A DNA stretch of 64,000 nucleotides from an uncultured Actinomycetota bacterium (GTDB taxonomy: Bacteria; Actinomycetota; Humimicrobiia; Humimicrobiales; Humimicrobiaceae): NCBI GenBank assembly GCA_964610315.1, contig CAZSVM010000013.1:7014-71013 (forward strand), given 5' to 3'. This document shows, piece by piece, positions 18,485-28,042 of the stretch. The notes under the pieces were generated by a model. It was not told the origin of the DNA, did no database searches, and saw nothing but the letters and a program-made list of their open reading frames with translations. How positions within the stretch are numbered: position 1 is the first letter of the stretch; each line of letters begins with the position of its first letter. The position numbers and the translations under genes are program-made.

Positions 18485-20798
18485 ACTTCTTTCCCATTTT
18501 TTCGGAAATTATCTTTGAAATTCCATTGGGCTGCATGGTTACTCCGTAAATAGTATCGGCAATTTCCATTGTTCTTTTCTGGTGAGTAATTATGATTATC
18601 TGTTGTTTTTCCGAAAATTTTTGTATCAGGGTCAGAAATCGGTTGATATTCACATCATCCAGAGCAGCATCCACTTCATCAAAAACATAAAAGGGAGAGG
18701 GATTTATGGAATAAATGGAGAAAAGAAAAGCTATTGAAACCAGAGATTTCTCCCCTCCCGATAGAAGGGAGAGGTTGACGAACTTATTATTGCCAATATC
18801 TACCTTCAGGTCTACACCTACTTCATCATTACCATTCTCACGGCTGATATTATTATTCTTTTCAAGCTGCATTTCGCCTTCGCCCAGAGGAAATAAAATC
18901 TTGAAATAACTTCTAAAACACTTCTTAATCTCATCGAATTTTTTATAGAAAAAGTCGGCAATCCGTTTGTTTATATCTCCAATCAACTCTTCCAGACTTT
19001 TTTTACTTTCGATAAGATCGCTTCTCTGAGCAGCTAAAAAATCGAATCTCTTTTTGATCCTGTCATATTCGATGGCCGCATTTGGATTTACATTTCCGTA
19101 ACTCTTTATTTCATTTTTTAATTTTCTTACCTTGATTTCCGACTGTTTTATATCGGTGCTGGGGCTATAGCTTTTTAAAGCATATTCAATGGATATATTA
19201 TAATTATCTACCATATTTTCGGTAATGGCTTCCACTCTTTCTCTTATCTGTTCTTTCTTAAGATCACTCTTATATAAGTTATTTTCCAGCTTCGACTTGT
19301 ATGAATTCAATTGATTTATCTGATCTTCCAGATTATTTATTTTATCCCGGTTTTCCGAAATTAAATTATTTCTTTTTTCAAATTCCGGGTAAAGCTTTCT
19401 TTTTATATCCTCTGAAACCGATAAAAAATTCTTCGAAATCGAATGCAGTTTTTCGGATCTTTCCAGATTAATGGTACAAATTTTCTTTAAACTTTCTATT
19501 TGTTTTAATCTTCCTTCAATATTATGGATACTTTTTTTATCTTCCTTATCCGATTTTTCCACCATACCTGCCTCTTTGCTCCGCTTCCTGTCTTCAATTA
19601 TCTTAACTATTTTTTTTATCTCTCCTATAATTAATTTAATTTCATTTCTAATATAATTTGCAGCACTATCATCTTTTACTTTTCCCTTTAGGTTATCCAG
19701 AAATTTTAATAAAAGATTTATAATTTCATCCAGTTTGATAGAAATATTTCCTGGCAAAGGTATACCCATATTATTTTTATCTTTTTCCAATAAATTCCGG
19801 GATTCTTCTTTACCCTCTATATAGCGATTAAACTCCAGATCGAACATATTACCCAGCGTTTTAAAGAGGTTTTTTTTACTTTCAATCAGGGATATAAAAT
19901 TTTTTAAATCATTTATTTCCAGGTTAAATCGGTCAATTTCATTCTTCCATAACTGGTACTCATCCTGTTCTGTACCCACCACTTTCATAAGGCTATTTTT
20001 CTTACTCTCCATATTTGGAATTTTACTTTTAATCTCTTCTAACTTACTGTCATTTTCTTTATAAGAATCATTCTCCCTTTCCCATTCACCGTTCAAACGA
20101 TCTAGTTGCGCCATAAAAAGAGAAATTTCTTCATTCTTTAACAAATTAAAAATTTCCGAATATTTCCGGGCCCTTTTTGCTTCTATCTCAAGAGGGTCCA
20201 TGGTCCTTTTTATCTCTTCCATCAGGTCATCTATTCTATCGATGTCATTTTTTACTTTCTGGAGCTTGATCAGTGATTTATCTCTCCTGTTTTTATGTTT
20301 CGATATTCCCAGTACTTCGTCTATTATGGCTTTTCTTTCCAAAGGCTTAAGTACTGCAATTTCATTAATCTGTCCCTGATTTATAATTATATGAAGACCC
20401 TTCCCAATTCCGCTATCAGCAGTTAGCTCCTGTATATCTATCAGCCGGCAGGGTGAAGAATTAATAAAATACTCACTTCCTCCTTTGGAAAAAACCCTGC
20501 GGGTAAACTTGACATCTCTAAACTCGGTATTAAATAATTTGTTGGAATTATCAAATACCAGGGAAACTTCTGCAATTCCCATCTCTTCATTTTTGCTCCT
20601 GAAAATTACGTCTGCCATCGAGTTTCCCCTCAGCGTTTTGGGGCTCTGTTCCCCTAAAACCCAGGATATGGCATCTGCTACATTACTTTTACCACTTCCA
20701 TTGGGCCCTACGATTACACTGATTCCAGGTTCAAAAAACAATTGACTTTTATCTTTAAAAGATTTAAAACCCCGAAGTGTTATGTTCTTTAAGTACAA
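18468..20798 (-). CDS. smc: chromosome segregation SMC-like ATPase, unusually short (776 aa) with no recognisable hinge
   Basis: SMC head N-terminus (GFKSFKDK...GPNGSGKSN) and C-terminus ([22 protein letters not shown]). The middle ~440 aa is coiled-coil-like with no hinge Gly motifs and no CxxC hook. Canonical rnc-smc-ftsY context. Confidence 0.75.
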   Translation of the reverse strand: MYLKNITLRGFKSFKDKSQLFFEPGISVIVGPNGSGKSNVADAISWVLGEQSPKTLRGNSMADVIFRSKNEEMGIAEVSLVFDNSNKLFNTEFRDVKFTRRVFSKGGSEYFINSSPCRLIDIQELTADSGIGKGLHIIINQGQINEIAVLKPLERKAIIDEVLGISKHKNRRDKSLIKLQKVKNDIDRIDDLMEEIKRTMDPLEIEAKRARKYSEIFNLLKNEEISLFMAQLDRLNGEWERENDSYKENDSKLEEIKSKIPNMESKKNSLMKVVGTEQDEYQLWKNEIDRFNLEINDLKNFISLIESKKNLFKTLGNMFDLEFNRYIEGKEESRNLLEKDKNNMGIPLPGNISIKLDEIINLLLKFLDNLKGKVKDDSAANYIRNEIKLIIGEIKKIVKIIEDRKRSKEAGMVEKSDKEDKKSIHNIEGRLKQIESLKKICTINLERSEKLHSISKNFLSVSEDIKRKLYPEFEKRNNLISENRDKINNLEDQINQLNSYKSKLENNLYKSDLKKEQIRERVEAITENMVDNYNISIEYALKSYSPSTDIKQSEIKVRKLKNEIKSYGNVNPNAAIEYDRIKKRFDFLAAQRSDLIESKKSLEELIGDINKRIADFFYKKFDEIKKCFRSYFKILFPLGEGEMQLEKNNNISRENGNDEVGVDLKVDIGNNKFVNLSLLSGGEKSLVSIAFLFSIYSINPSPFYVFDEVDAALDDVNINRFLTLIQKFSEKQQIIIITHQKRTMEIADTIYGVTMQPNGISKIISEKMGKKYAEIN

Positions 20799-20819
20799 CT
20801 TTAACTTCCAAAATAAATA

Positions 20820-21542
20820 TTATAAATCCAAATTATATAACTTTTTTAAAGTATTTCTGGCAGCATTCTGCTCAGAATTCTTTTTACTTTTACCCTTGCC
20901 CCTGCCCACTACTTTATGATCAATCATTACCACCGAATAAAATGACTTATTGTGGTCGGGACCTTCCGACTTAACCAGTTTATATCTTGCCAGCCTGGAG
21001 TAATCTGCCTGGATAACTTCCTGAAGATAAGTTTTATAATCTATAATTTCAGGAGTTTTAATATGCTCGTCGATTTTCTCTTTATATCTTTTCAGAACCC
21101 AGCCAGAAGCAAATTTTATCCCTTTATCCATATAAATAGCCCCAATCAACGCTTCTAAGCTATCGGCTAAAATGGACGCCTTTTTTCTGCCCCTGCACGA
21201 TTCTTCATTTTCACTTAAAAGTATCTGCTGATCTATTTTAATTTCCTTGGCTATTTTTAATAGAGTTTTTCTATTAATTAACACAGATCTTATTCTGGCC
21301 ATTTTCCCTTCCGAAAAACTACTGTATTTTTTATATAAATAAGATGTGATTATAAAAGAAAGTACGCTATCGCCCAGAAATTCCAGTTGCTCGTTGCCTC
21401 TTGACTGGATATTTTCCTGATGAGCATAAGATCTGTGAGTTAGACTTTGTATGTAAATTTTTAAATTCGCAGCATCGATTCCAAGACTCTTCAGCCAACC
21501 TCTTACTCTTTTTTCCAGAACTTCTTCATCATCGTTTATCAA
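20820..21542 (-). CDS. rnc: ribonuclease III
   Basis: EQLEFLGDSVL catalytic signature and C-terminal double-stranded RNA-binding domain. Confidence 0.9.
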   Translation of the reverse strand: MINDDEEVLEKRVRGWLKSLGIDAANLKIYIQSLTHRSYAHQENIQSRGNEQLEFLGDSVLSFIITSYLYKKYSSFSEGKMARIRSVLINRKTLLKIAKEIKIDQQILLSENEESCRGRKKASILADSLEALIGAIYMDKGIKFASGWVLKRYKEKIDEHIKTPEIIDYKTYLQEVIQADYSRLARYKLVKSEGPDHNKSFYSVVMIDHKVVGRGKGKSKKNSEQNAARNTLKKLYNLDL

Positions 21543-21595
21543 AAGAATTTCGCCACCTTGTAAACTTAAGTAGATTTTCCCGGTAATTTCTAAAA

Positions 21596-21832
21596 TTATT
21601 TTTTGGAATGGGCATCAATATAATCCAGAGCATCCTTTACAGTAATGATTTTTTCGGCATCTTCATCACTTATTTCTATCCCGAATTTATCCTCAAATGC
21701 CATAATGAGTTCCACCAGATCCAGCGAATCAGCTCCCAGATCGTCAACAAACTTACTTTCAGCTTTAATATCCTCCTCCTTAGCACCAAGTACTTCAATC
21801 AGAACTTCTTTAAGTTTGTCAAAATTTTCCAT
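21596..21832 (-). CDS. acpP: acyl carrier protein
   Basis: [12 protein letters not shown] phosphopantetheine attachment motif. Confidence 0.9.
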   Translation of the reverse strand: MENFDKLKEVLIEVLGAKEEDIKAESKFVDDLGADSLDLVELIMAFEDKFGIEISDEDAEKIITVKDALDYIDAHSKK

Positions 21833-21890
21833 TATTACTCCTTTTGCCGTTTTTTACCCTTATTATTGTTGGATTTACTTTTTTATTAAT

Positions 21891-22904
21891 TCAATTATTA
21901 ATTTCCCTGCCAATCTTACTAACAAGATTCGATTCCACACTTTCCATGGCCACTTTTACCGCATTCTTAATTGCTTTCGATTTCGAGCTTCCATGCGAAA
22001 TTATTACCAGTCCGTTAAGTCCTAAAAGCTGTGCCCCTCCGTACTCTTCATAATCAAATCTTTTTTTCATTTCCTTAAAAGAACCCTTAATGCCTAAAGC
22101 TGAAAGTTTTGCCAGTAGACTTGAAGTTAAAATTTGTTTTATTTCGCCAAAAAAGAAATCCGCCATACCCTCAACCAGTTTTAATATTACATTTCCTACA
22201 AATCCGTCGCAAACAGCCACATCAGTTGTACCTCCGAACAGTTCTCTGCCTTCTATATTTCCGATGAAATTAATATTGGAGCATTCTTTAAGTAATTTAT
22301 AACTCTCCACTGCCAGTTCATTACCTTTCTTTTCTTCTTCTCCTATATTAATCAAAGCCACTCTGGGATCTTTTACCCCTAAAATATTTTCGGAATATAT
22401 TTTTCCCATAATGGCAAACTGCTTCAAATACAGCGGTTTACAATCAGCATTGGCCCCGGCATCGATTAATACGAACTTTCTGTAACCCAGAGGTATTACC
22501 ACTGCAATGGCCGGTCTGGCTATACTTTCTATTCTTTTTATATTAAAAAGAGAGCAGGCCATTACTGCACCGGTATTTCCGGCAGAAATAAAAACGTCAC
22601 CACCTCCAGCAGATACAAATTGTGAGCCAATAAAAATTGATGAATTTCTTTTTTTCTTTAATACTTCGGAAGGAGATTCATTCATACTTACTTCCTGCCA
22701 GCTGGGGATAATCTCTATACCATCCAGGCTCATCTGGTTTAATTCTGCTACCTCTTTTATTTTATCTACGTTTCCTACCAGTTTAATATTTACCCCAAAA
22801 GCTTCTTTTGCTTCTATGGAGCCCTTTATAATTTCCTCAGGAGCGAAATCCCCTCCCATCGCATCTATAATAATTGAATAGTGATTTGAACTGAGCTCTG
22901 CCAT
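21891..22904 (-). CDS. plsX: phosphate acyltransferase PlsX
   Basis: IIIDAMGGDFAP N-terminus; 337 aa. Confidence 0.9.
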   Translation of the reverse strand: MAELSSNHYSIIIDAMGGDFAPEEIIKGSIEAKEAFGVNIKLVGNVDKIKEVAELNQMSLDGIEIIPSWQEVSMNESPSEVLKKKRNSSIFIGSQFVSAGGGDVFISAGNTGAVMACSLFNIKRIESIARPAIAVVIPLGYRKFVLIDAGANADCKPLYLKQFAIMGKIYSENILGVKDPRVALINIGEEEKKGNELAVESYKLLKECSNINFIGNIEGRELFGGTTDVAVCDGFVGNVILKLVEGMADFFFGEIKQILTSSLLAKLSALGIKGSFKEMKKRFDYEEYGGAQLLGLNGLVIISHGSSKSKAIKNAVKVAMESVESNLVSKIGREINN

Positions 22905-22922
22905 AATCGATTTCGGATTTAA

Positions 22923-23987
22923 TTATTTTTTTGATATTTCCAGTAACCTGTTTATATCTATATATTCCCTGACTACTTCAATTATTTTATCAATCTTTTT
23001 AATCTCGTGGAATCTTACATGGCCGATAATCTCTCCCACTCTTTCCACCGCAGTTAAAGTATCATAATTAACCAGAATCATAGGTACACCTAATTCTTCA
23101 GCTCTTCCCAGTACCACGGTGCTAGGCTGAAAATTACCGGTAAGTATCAGGCACTTAGTAGGAGTTTCCAGGGCAGCAAGTTGGACATCTGCTCTGTCTC
23201 CGCCGGTTATTACTGCTTTATTGGTTTTCCTCCGGAAAAATTTTAGAGCCTGTTCCTGTCCCATAGCTCCAACCATAAATGTCTCTACCAGTTCATCGAT
23301 TTTATCTCCGGCACAGATAATCTGCCCTCCCAGGAGCTCGGACATTTCCTTTATACTTACCGATGATAATATTTTATCCGAAGCGACATATCCCAGAACC
23401 TCAATTTTATTCTTGGTTAAAAATGGAACTACCAGTTCCTCCAGATAATCCATCTGACTTCTTGGAACCCAATTCACAATTACTCCCGCCAGGCAATCTT
23501 TTAAAAATTCTTTGGAATAAAGGATCTGATCCACAATTTCAGAGCTGTATTTTACTACCATAATTACTTTTGCACCTAATTTGTCGCAAATTTTAGGGGC
23601 AGATATTCCCAGAAAATAACCATCTTCTATGCTCTTTGCACCCTCCAGGATCACAATGTCTTTGCCCTTCTGAATTCTGCTATACGCTTTGGCAATTAAA
23701 TCTATAAATCCTTTGGAGAAATTCTCATCTTTTAAACCTTCCCTGTTGTATTGCTGGGTCAATACAATTGGACATATATCTTCAAGTTCTTCTTTTACGT
23801 CCAGAATATTCGATATATACTGGGCATCCTCATCCGTGGTAATCCCCCCTACCCGGGTGGGCAATGTTCCTACCGGTTTCATGTATCCAACTTTTAAGCC
23901 CTTTTCACCGAATAGCTTTCCTACACCCACACACATTGAACTTTTACCGGAAAAAGGTTGGTTTGAAATAAAAAATAACGGAACCAT
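22923..23987 (-). CDS. phosphotransacetylase N-terminal-domain-like protein (BioD/AAA-like + DRTGG domains)
   Basis: P-loop-like SGKSSMCVGVGK at the N-terminus and GGDRADVQLAAL (DRTGG) at the C-terminus. No Pta catalytic domain. Confidence 0.6.
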   Translation of the reverse strand: MVPLFFISNQPFSGKSSMCVGVGKLFGEKGLKVGYMKPVGTLPTRVGGITTDEDAQYISNILDVKEELEDICPIVLTQQYNREGLKDENFSKGFIDLIAKAYSRIQKGKDIVILEGAKSIEDGYFLGISAPKICDKLGAKVIMVVKYSSEIVDQILYSKEFLKDCLAGVIVNWVPRSQMDYLEELVVPFLTKNKIEVLGYVASDKILSSVSIKEMSELLGGQIICAGDKIDELVETFMVGAMGQEQALKFFRRKTNKAVITGGDRADVQLAALETPTKCLILTGNFQPSTVVLGRAEELGVPMILVNYDTLTAVERVGEIIGHVRFHEIKKIDKIIEVVREYIDINRLLEISKK

Positions 23988-23988
23988 T

Positions 23989-26106
23989 CTAACCTCCTAT
24001 TCTTATTCTTACATCACCGGCTATAGATCCTTCTCCCCGTTTCTTTACAAATAACGGGTTTATATCCATTTCCATTATTCCCGGAAAGTCCGTAACCAGC
24101 TGGGAAACTCTGAGTATAATTTCGACTATACTGTCGATATCGGAAGGATCTTCACCCCTGGTGCCTTCCAGCAGTTTAATAGCTTTAATTTCGTTTATCA
24201 TTTCACAGGCAACCTGCCTGCTTATCGGAGCAATCCTGAAAGAAACATCTTTCAGGGTTTCAACATATATCCCTCCCAGTCCGAACATAATCATAGGGCC
24301 AAACTGGGGATCTTCGTTTACTCCTATAATAGTTTCTTTTTTATCTCTGATAAATTCCTGAACCAAAACTCCTCTTATGTTAGCATCGGGCATATATTTT
24401 TTCACACTAAAAAAAATCTGGTCATAATTTTCTTCTAATTCTTTCTCATTATTTATCCCAACTTTTACCCCGCCAACATCGGTTTTGTGTAAAATATTAG
24501 GAGATACAATTTTCAGTACCAGCGGATACCCAATTTTCTTTGCAATTTCTTTCGCTTCACCTATATCGCGGGCAAGTTCAGCTTCAGGTATTCTTATTCC
24601 GTACGCCTCCAGAATTTTCCTTGACTCCATTTCTCCCAGCTCTAATCTGTCTTCGAAACGGCACCGGTCAAATATTTTTTCAACCTTTTCCCTGTCAACA
24701 TCAAAACTCTCTATGGGAGGACTTTTTTTGGATTTCCAATCAGTATATTCCATCATTACTCTTAATGTATCTATTGCTTCCTCCGGAATATTAAAATTTG
24801 GGATGTTTTTTTCAGCTAAAAATTCTACTGCTTTTTCGATTTCTGCGCCTCCTATAAAACTGGTCAGTATTGGTATTTCTTTTCCACTACTCTCCCTAAC
24901 TTCCACAATTGCCCTGGCTGTTTCCAGAGGCTGGGTCATTGCCTGGGGAGTAAGCAGCACTACCACTGCATTAACACCGCTATCCTTTGCCACTACCTCC
25001 AGGGCTTTTTTATATCTATCCGCTAACGCATCTCCCAATAAATCTATTGGGTTATAAAAATTTGCTGCTTCCGGTAAAAATTTTTTTAACTTTTCTATGG
25101 TTTCTTTTTCCGGATTTGCCAGCATTATATTATTTTTTTCACAGGCATCAGTGGCCATTATACCGGGACCGCCTGCATTTGTTATTATGGCAACTTTTTC
25201 ACCTTTAGGCAATGGTTGATATGAAAAAGCTGTTGCATAATTAAAAAAATCTTTTATGGTATCGGCCCTTATTATTCCTGCCTGTTTGAAAGCCGCTTCA
25301 TAGGCTCTGGCTGAGCCGGCAAGGGTACCGGTATGAGAAGATACTGCTCTGGCTCCGGCATCCGTATTACCTGATTTTATAATAATTATGGGCTTTTTTT
25401 TGGAAACCCGGGAAGATATTTTAATAAAATCTCTCCCATTTTTTACCCCTTCAAGATAAGCAGTTATAACCATAGTGTTTTTTTCATTTTCCCATTCATT
25501 AAATAAATCATTCTCTGCAATATCGGCTTTATTACCCAGTGAAACAAATTTGGAGAACCCGATATTGCCAGTTTTTGCCCAATCCAGAACGGAAGTACCC
25601 AGCGCTCCCGATTGAGATAAAAAACCAATATTTCCCCTAGGGGGCATACTGGTTGAAAATGAAGCATTCAACGGACAGGTGGTATCTATTACTCCCAGGC
25701 AGTTGGGGCCCAGTATTCTAATCCCATGTTTTTTTGCTACCTCAATCAACTGGCTTTCCCTTTTTACGCCCTCAATTCCTATTTCTTTGAAACCCGCGGA
25801 AATGACAATAGACCACTTTGTATTTTTTTTTGAACACTCTTCTAGAACTTGACATACATATGGTGCAGGAATAGCTATTATGGCCAGATCAATGTCTATT
25901 GGAATATTTAAAACCGAGGGATAACATTTTATATCATGTATTTTTTCTGCGTAAGGATTAACCGGGAATAATTTCCCTTTAAATCCGGAGTTTACTATAT
26001 TATCCAGTATTACATGACCAACTTTTTCTTCTTCTCTGGCTGCTCCTATTACTGCCACAGAATGGGGACAAAAAAAATTTCCTAAACCCAAAATACAAAC
26101 CTCCAA
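23989..26106 (-). CDS. acetyl-CoA synthetase (ADP-forming), fused alpha/beta (CoA-binding + ligase-CoA + ATP-grasp)
   Basis: N-terminal CoA-binding Rossmann (SVAVIGAAREEEKVGH), a succinyl-CoA-synthetase-like flavodoxin domain and a C-terminal ATP-grasp; 705 aa. Confidence 0.75.
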   Translation of the reverse strand: MEVCILGLGNFFCPHSVAVIGAAREEEKVGHVILDNIVNSGFKGKLFPVNPYAEKIHDIKCYPSVLNIPIDIDLAIIAIPAPYVCQVLEECSKKNTKWSIVISAGFKEIGIEGVKRESQLIEVAKKHGIRILGPNCLGVIDTTCPLNASFSTSMPPRGNIGFLSQSGALGTSVLDWAKTGNIGFSKFVSLGNKADIAENDLFNEWENEKNTMVITAYLEGVKNGRDFIKISSRVSKKKPIIIIKSGNTDAGARAVSSHTGTLAGSARAYEAAFKQAGIIRADTIKDFFNYATAFSYQPLPKGEKVAIITNAGGPGIMATDACEKNNIMLANPEKETIEKLKKFLPEAANFYNPIDLLGDALADRYKKALEVVAKDSGVNAVVVLLTPQAMTQPLETARAIVEVRESSGKEIPILTSFIGGAEIEKAVEFLAEKNIPNFNIPEEAIDTLRVMMEYTDWKSKKSPPIESFDVDREKVEKIFDRCRFEDRLELGEMESRKILEAYGIRIPEAELARDIGEAKEIAKKIGYPLVLKIVSPNILHKTDVGGVKVGINNEKELEENYDQIFFSVKKYMPDANIRGVLVQEFIRDKKETIIGVNEDPQFGPMIMFGLGGIYVETLKDVSFRIAPISRQVACEMINEIKAIKLLEGTRGEDPSDIDSIVEIILRVSQLVTDFPGIMEMDINPLFVKKRGEGSIAGDVRIRIGG

Positions 26107-26125
26107 TTTTGGCTATAACAAATTT

Positions 26126-26341
26126 CTATTTACTCGCTTCCTTTTTTTCCTTCTTTTTGCCCTTCTCTTCAAATGTTATTATCTCGTTTTCAGAATAATA
26201 TCCGCAATTCTCACAAACCCTATGGGATATTTTTTTGCTATGACATCTGGGACATTCCACTATATTTAACATCTGCAACCGCTGGTGAGTTCTTCGTTTA
26301 TCTCTTTTTGATTTTGATGTTTTACTTTTTGGAACAGCCAA
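26126..26341 (-). CDS. rpmF: 50S ribosomal protein L32
   Basis: MAVPKSKTSKSKRDKRRTH N-terminus and CxxC...CxxC zinc ribbon. Confidence 0.9.
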   Translation of the reverse strand: MAVPKSKTSKSKRDKRRTHQRLQMLNIVECPRCHSKKISHRVCENCGYYSENEIITFEEKGKKKEKKEASK

Positions 26342-26462
26342 TTCTATTTCCTCCTAATGAATAATTTGTTACAAACTTGTTATAAATAAGCACAAGTACA
26401 TAAATATAGCATAAAAAGATTAATATTCAACAAATACTGCATACCCTGCCCATCTATAAATA

Positions 26463-26936
26463 TTATTTATCTCCCGTACCTACGGCACCTCTAAACTGCT
26501 CTCTTCCTTTCTCAATAGCATTCAGCAATTTATGCAGCACTGCTTCCAGATTAGCTAATTTTTCATCGGCATAATCTTCAGCCTCGAGTCTTATGGTCCT
26601 TGCTCTGGCCTCTACTGCGGTCATTAATTCTTCTGCTTTTCTATTGGCATTTTTGAGTACCTCGGTCTCACTTACCAGAATCTCTGCTTTTTCTTTTGCT
26701 TCCCTTATAATTTTTTCGGAGTATCTCTTAGCTTCCTCTATCATGTTTTCTCTCTCTTTTACGATCCATCTGGATTGCTTGAATTCTTCCGGAAGTATAT
26801 TCCTTAGCTCATCCAATAAATCATATACCTCGCTTTCATTAACCATCACATTGGATGAAAAAGGAATTCTTTTACTTTTATCTAAAAGCCCTTCAATACG
26901 ATCGACAATTTCAAATGCATCCATGTTATTCTCCAT
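26463..26936 (-). CDS. hypothetical coiled-coil protein (charged, Glu/Lys/Arg-rich)
   Basis: 157-aa ORF between coaD and rpmF. Not YceD/DUF177, since it lacks Cys motifs. Confidence 0.4.
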   Translation of the reverse strand: MENNMDAFEIVDRIEGLLDKSKRIPFSSNVMVNESEVYDLLDELRNILPEEFKQSRWIVKERENMIEEAKRYSEKIIREAKEKAEILVSETEVLKNANRKAEELMTAVEARARTIRLEAEDYADEKLANLEAVLHKLLNAIEKGREQFRGAVGTGDK

Positions 26937-26947
26937 ATCTATTCTTT

Positions 26948-27442
26948 TTATTTAAAATTATTTTTATTAAAACTTTCAATTATATCTTTTTCTATTTCTT
27001 CCGGAACCAGACCTTTTATGCAGCCTTTAAACATAGCTACCTCCTTCACCGCGCTGGAACTAAGGTAGGCAAATCTGGGATTGGTTACCATAAACATGGT
27101 TTCTACTTCCGGATTTAATTTTTTATTTATCTGCGCCATTTGAAATTCATACTCAAAATCCGATATAGCTCTTAAGCCCTTGACTATAACCACCGCCTTC
27201 ATTTTTTTGGCCAGCTCCACCAGTAATCCATCAAAGGTAATTACCTCCACATTTTTCATATCATCCAGCGCTCTCTTTACAAAATCAACTCTTTTTCCTA
27301 CAGAGTAAAGAGGTTTTTTCCTGGGGCTTCTTGATATGGCTACTATCACTTTAGAGAAAATCCTGGAACACCTGTCGATTATATCCTTGTGCCCCTCAGT
27401 TAGAGGATCGTAAGTTCCGGGACATAATGCTATCTTTTCCAT
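26948..27442 (-). CDS. coaD: phosphopantetheine adenylyltransferase
   Basis: ALCPGTYDPLTEGHKDII (the T/HxGH nucleotidyltransferase motif). Confidence 0.9.
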   Translation of the reverse strand: MEKIALCPGTYDPLTEGHKDIIDRCSRIFSKVIVAISRSPRKKPLYSVGKRVDFVKRALDDMKNVEVITFDGLLVELAKKMKAVVIVKGLRAISDFEYEFQMAQINKKLNPEVETMFMVTNPRFAYLSSSAVKEVAMFKGCIKGLVPEEIEKDIIESFNKNNFK

Positions 27443-27465
27443 AATTTAAATCCTATCTTCCGATT

Positions 27466-28020
27466 TTAATAAGGAGAAAGGTAAATTACTTTTTTATCTC
27501 CAAAATGTGATTCTTTGATCACCTTTAATTTTTCTATCTCTTTTCCAATATCTCTTTTAAAAAAATATTCATAGATTATCAGAGTATCCGCTCCGCCAAT
27601 TCCTTTTTCCGGTATAATATCGAATATTTCCCTCATTATATCATCCTCAATCCTGTATGGCGGATCCAGAAAAATTATATCCCACTTTAAACCATTATGA
27701 AACTTAAGGAATTTCAAAACATCACTTCTCACTATTTTATACTTTTCACCGCTAATTTTTAAGCTTCTGATATTATATTCTATCAAACCAATAGACTCAA
27801 AGCTTTTATCTACAAAATACACCAGATTACAGTTTCTACTTAGGGATTCTATTCCCAGTGATCCCGTTCCAGCAAATAAATCAAGGACATTTGCTCCTTC
27901 TATTCTTCGGCCAAGGACATTGAAAATACTCTCTTTAACACTATCTAAAGTAGGTCTGATTTTATAATCCGGGGGAGATTTTAATCTTTTACCTTTAAAT
28001 TTACCTGAAATAACCCTAAT
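27466..28020 (-). CDS. rsmD: 16S rRNA (guanine966-N2)-methyltransferase RsmD, probable ATT start
   Basis: ORF track gives only the C-terminal 118 aa (GTG start, 27822). The same frame extends upstream to IRVISGKFKGKRLKSPPDYKIRPTLDSVKESIFNVLG...LDLFAGTGSLGIES, the canonical RsmD N-terminus. TGA TGA lie immediately upstream, so the only available start is ATT at 28018-28020, with GGTGA 6 nt upstream. The FLDPPY motif is present. Confidence 0.75.
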   Translation of the reverse strand: MRVISGKFKGKRLKSPPDYKIRPTLDSVKESIFNVLGRRIEGANVLDLFAGTGSLGIESLSRNCNLVYFVDKSFESIGLIEYNIRSLKISGEKYKIVRSDVLKFLKFHNGLKWDIIFLDPPYRIEDDIMREIFDIIPEKGIGGADTLIIYEYFFKRDIGKEIEKLKVIKESHFGDKKVIYLSPY

Positions 28021-28042
28021 AGTTCATCACCGTATAGTAGAA

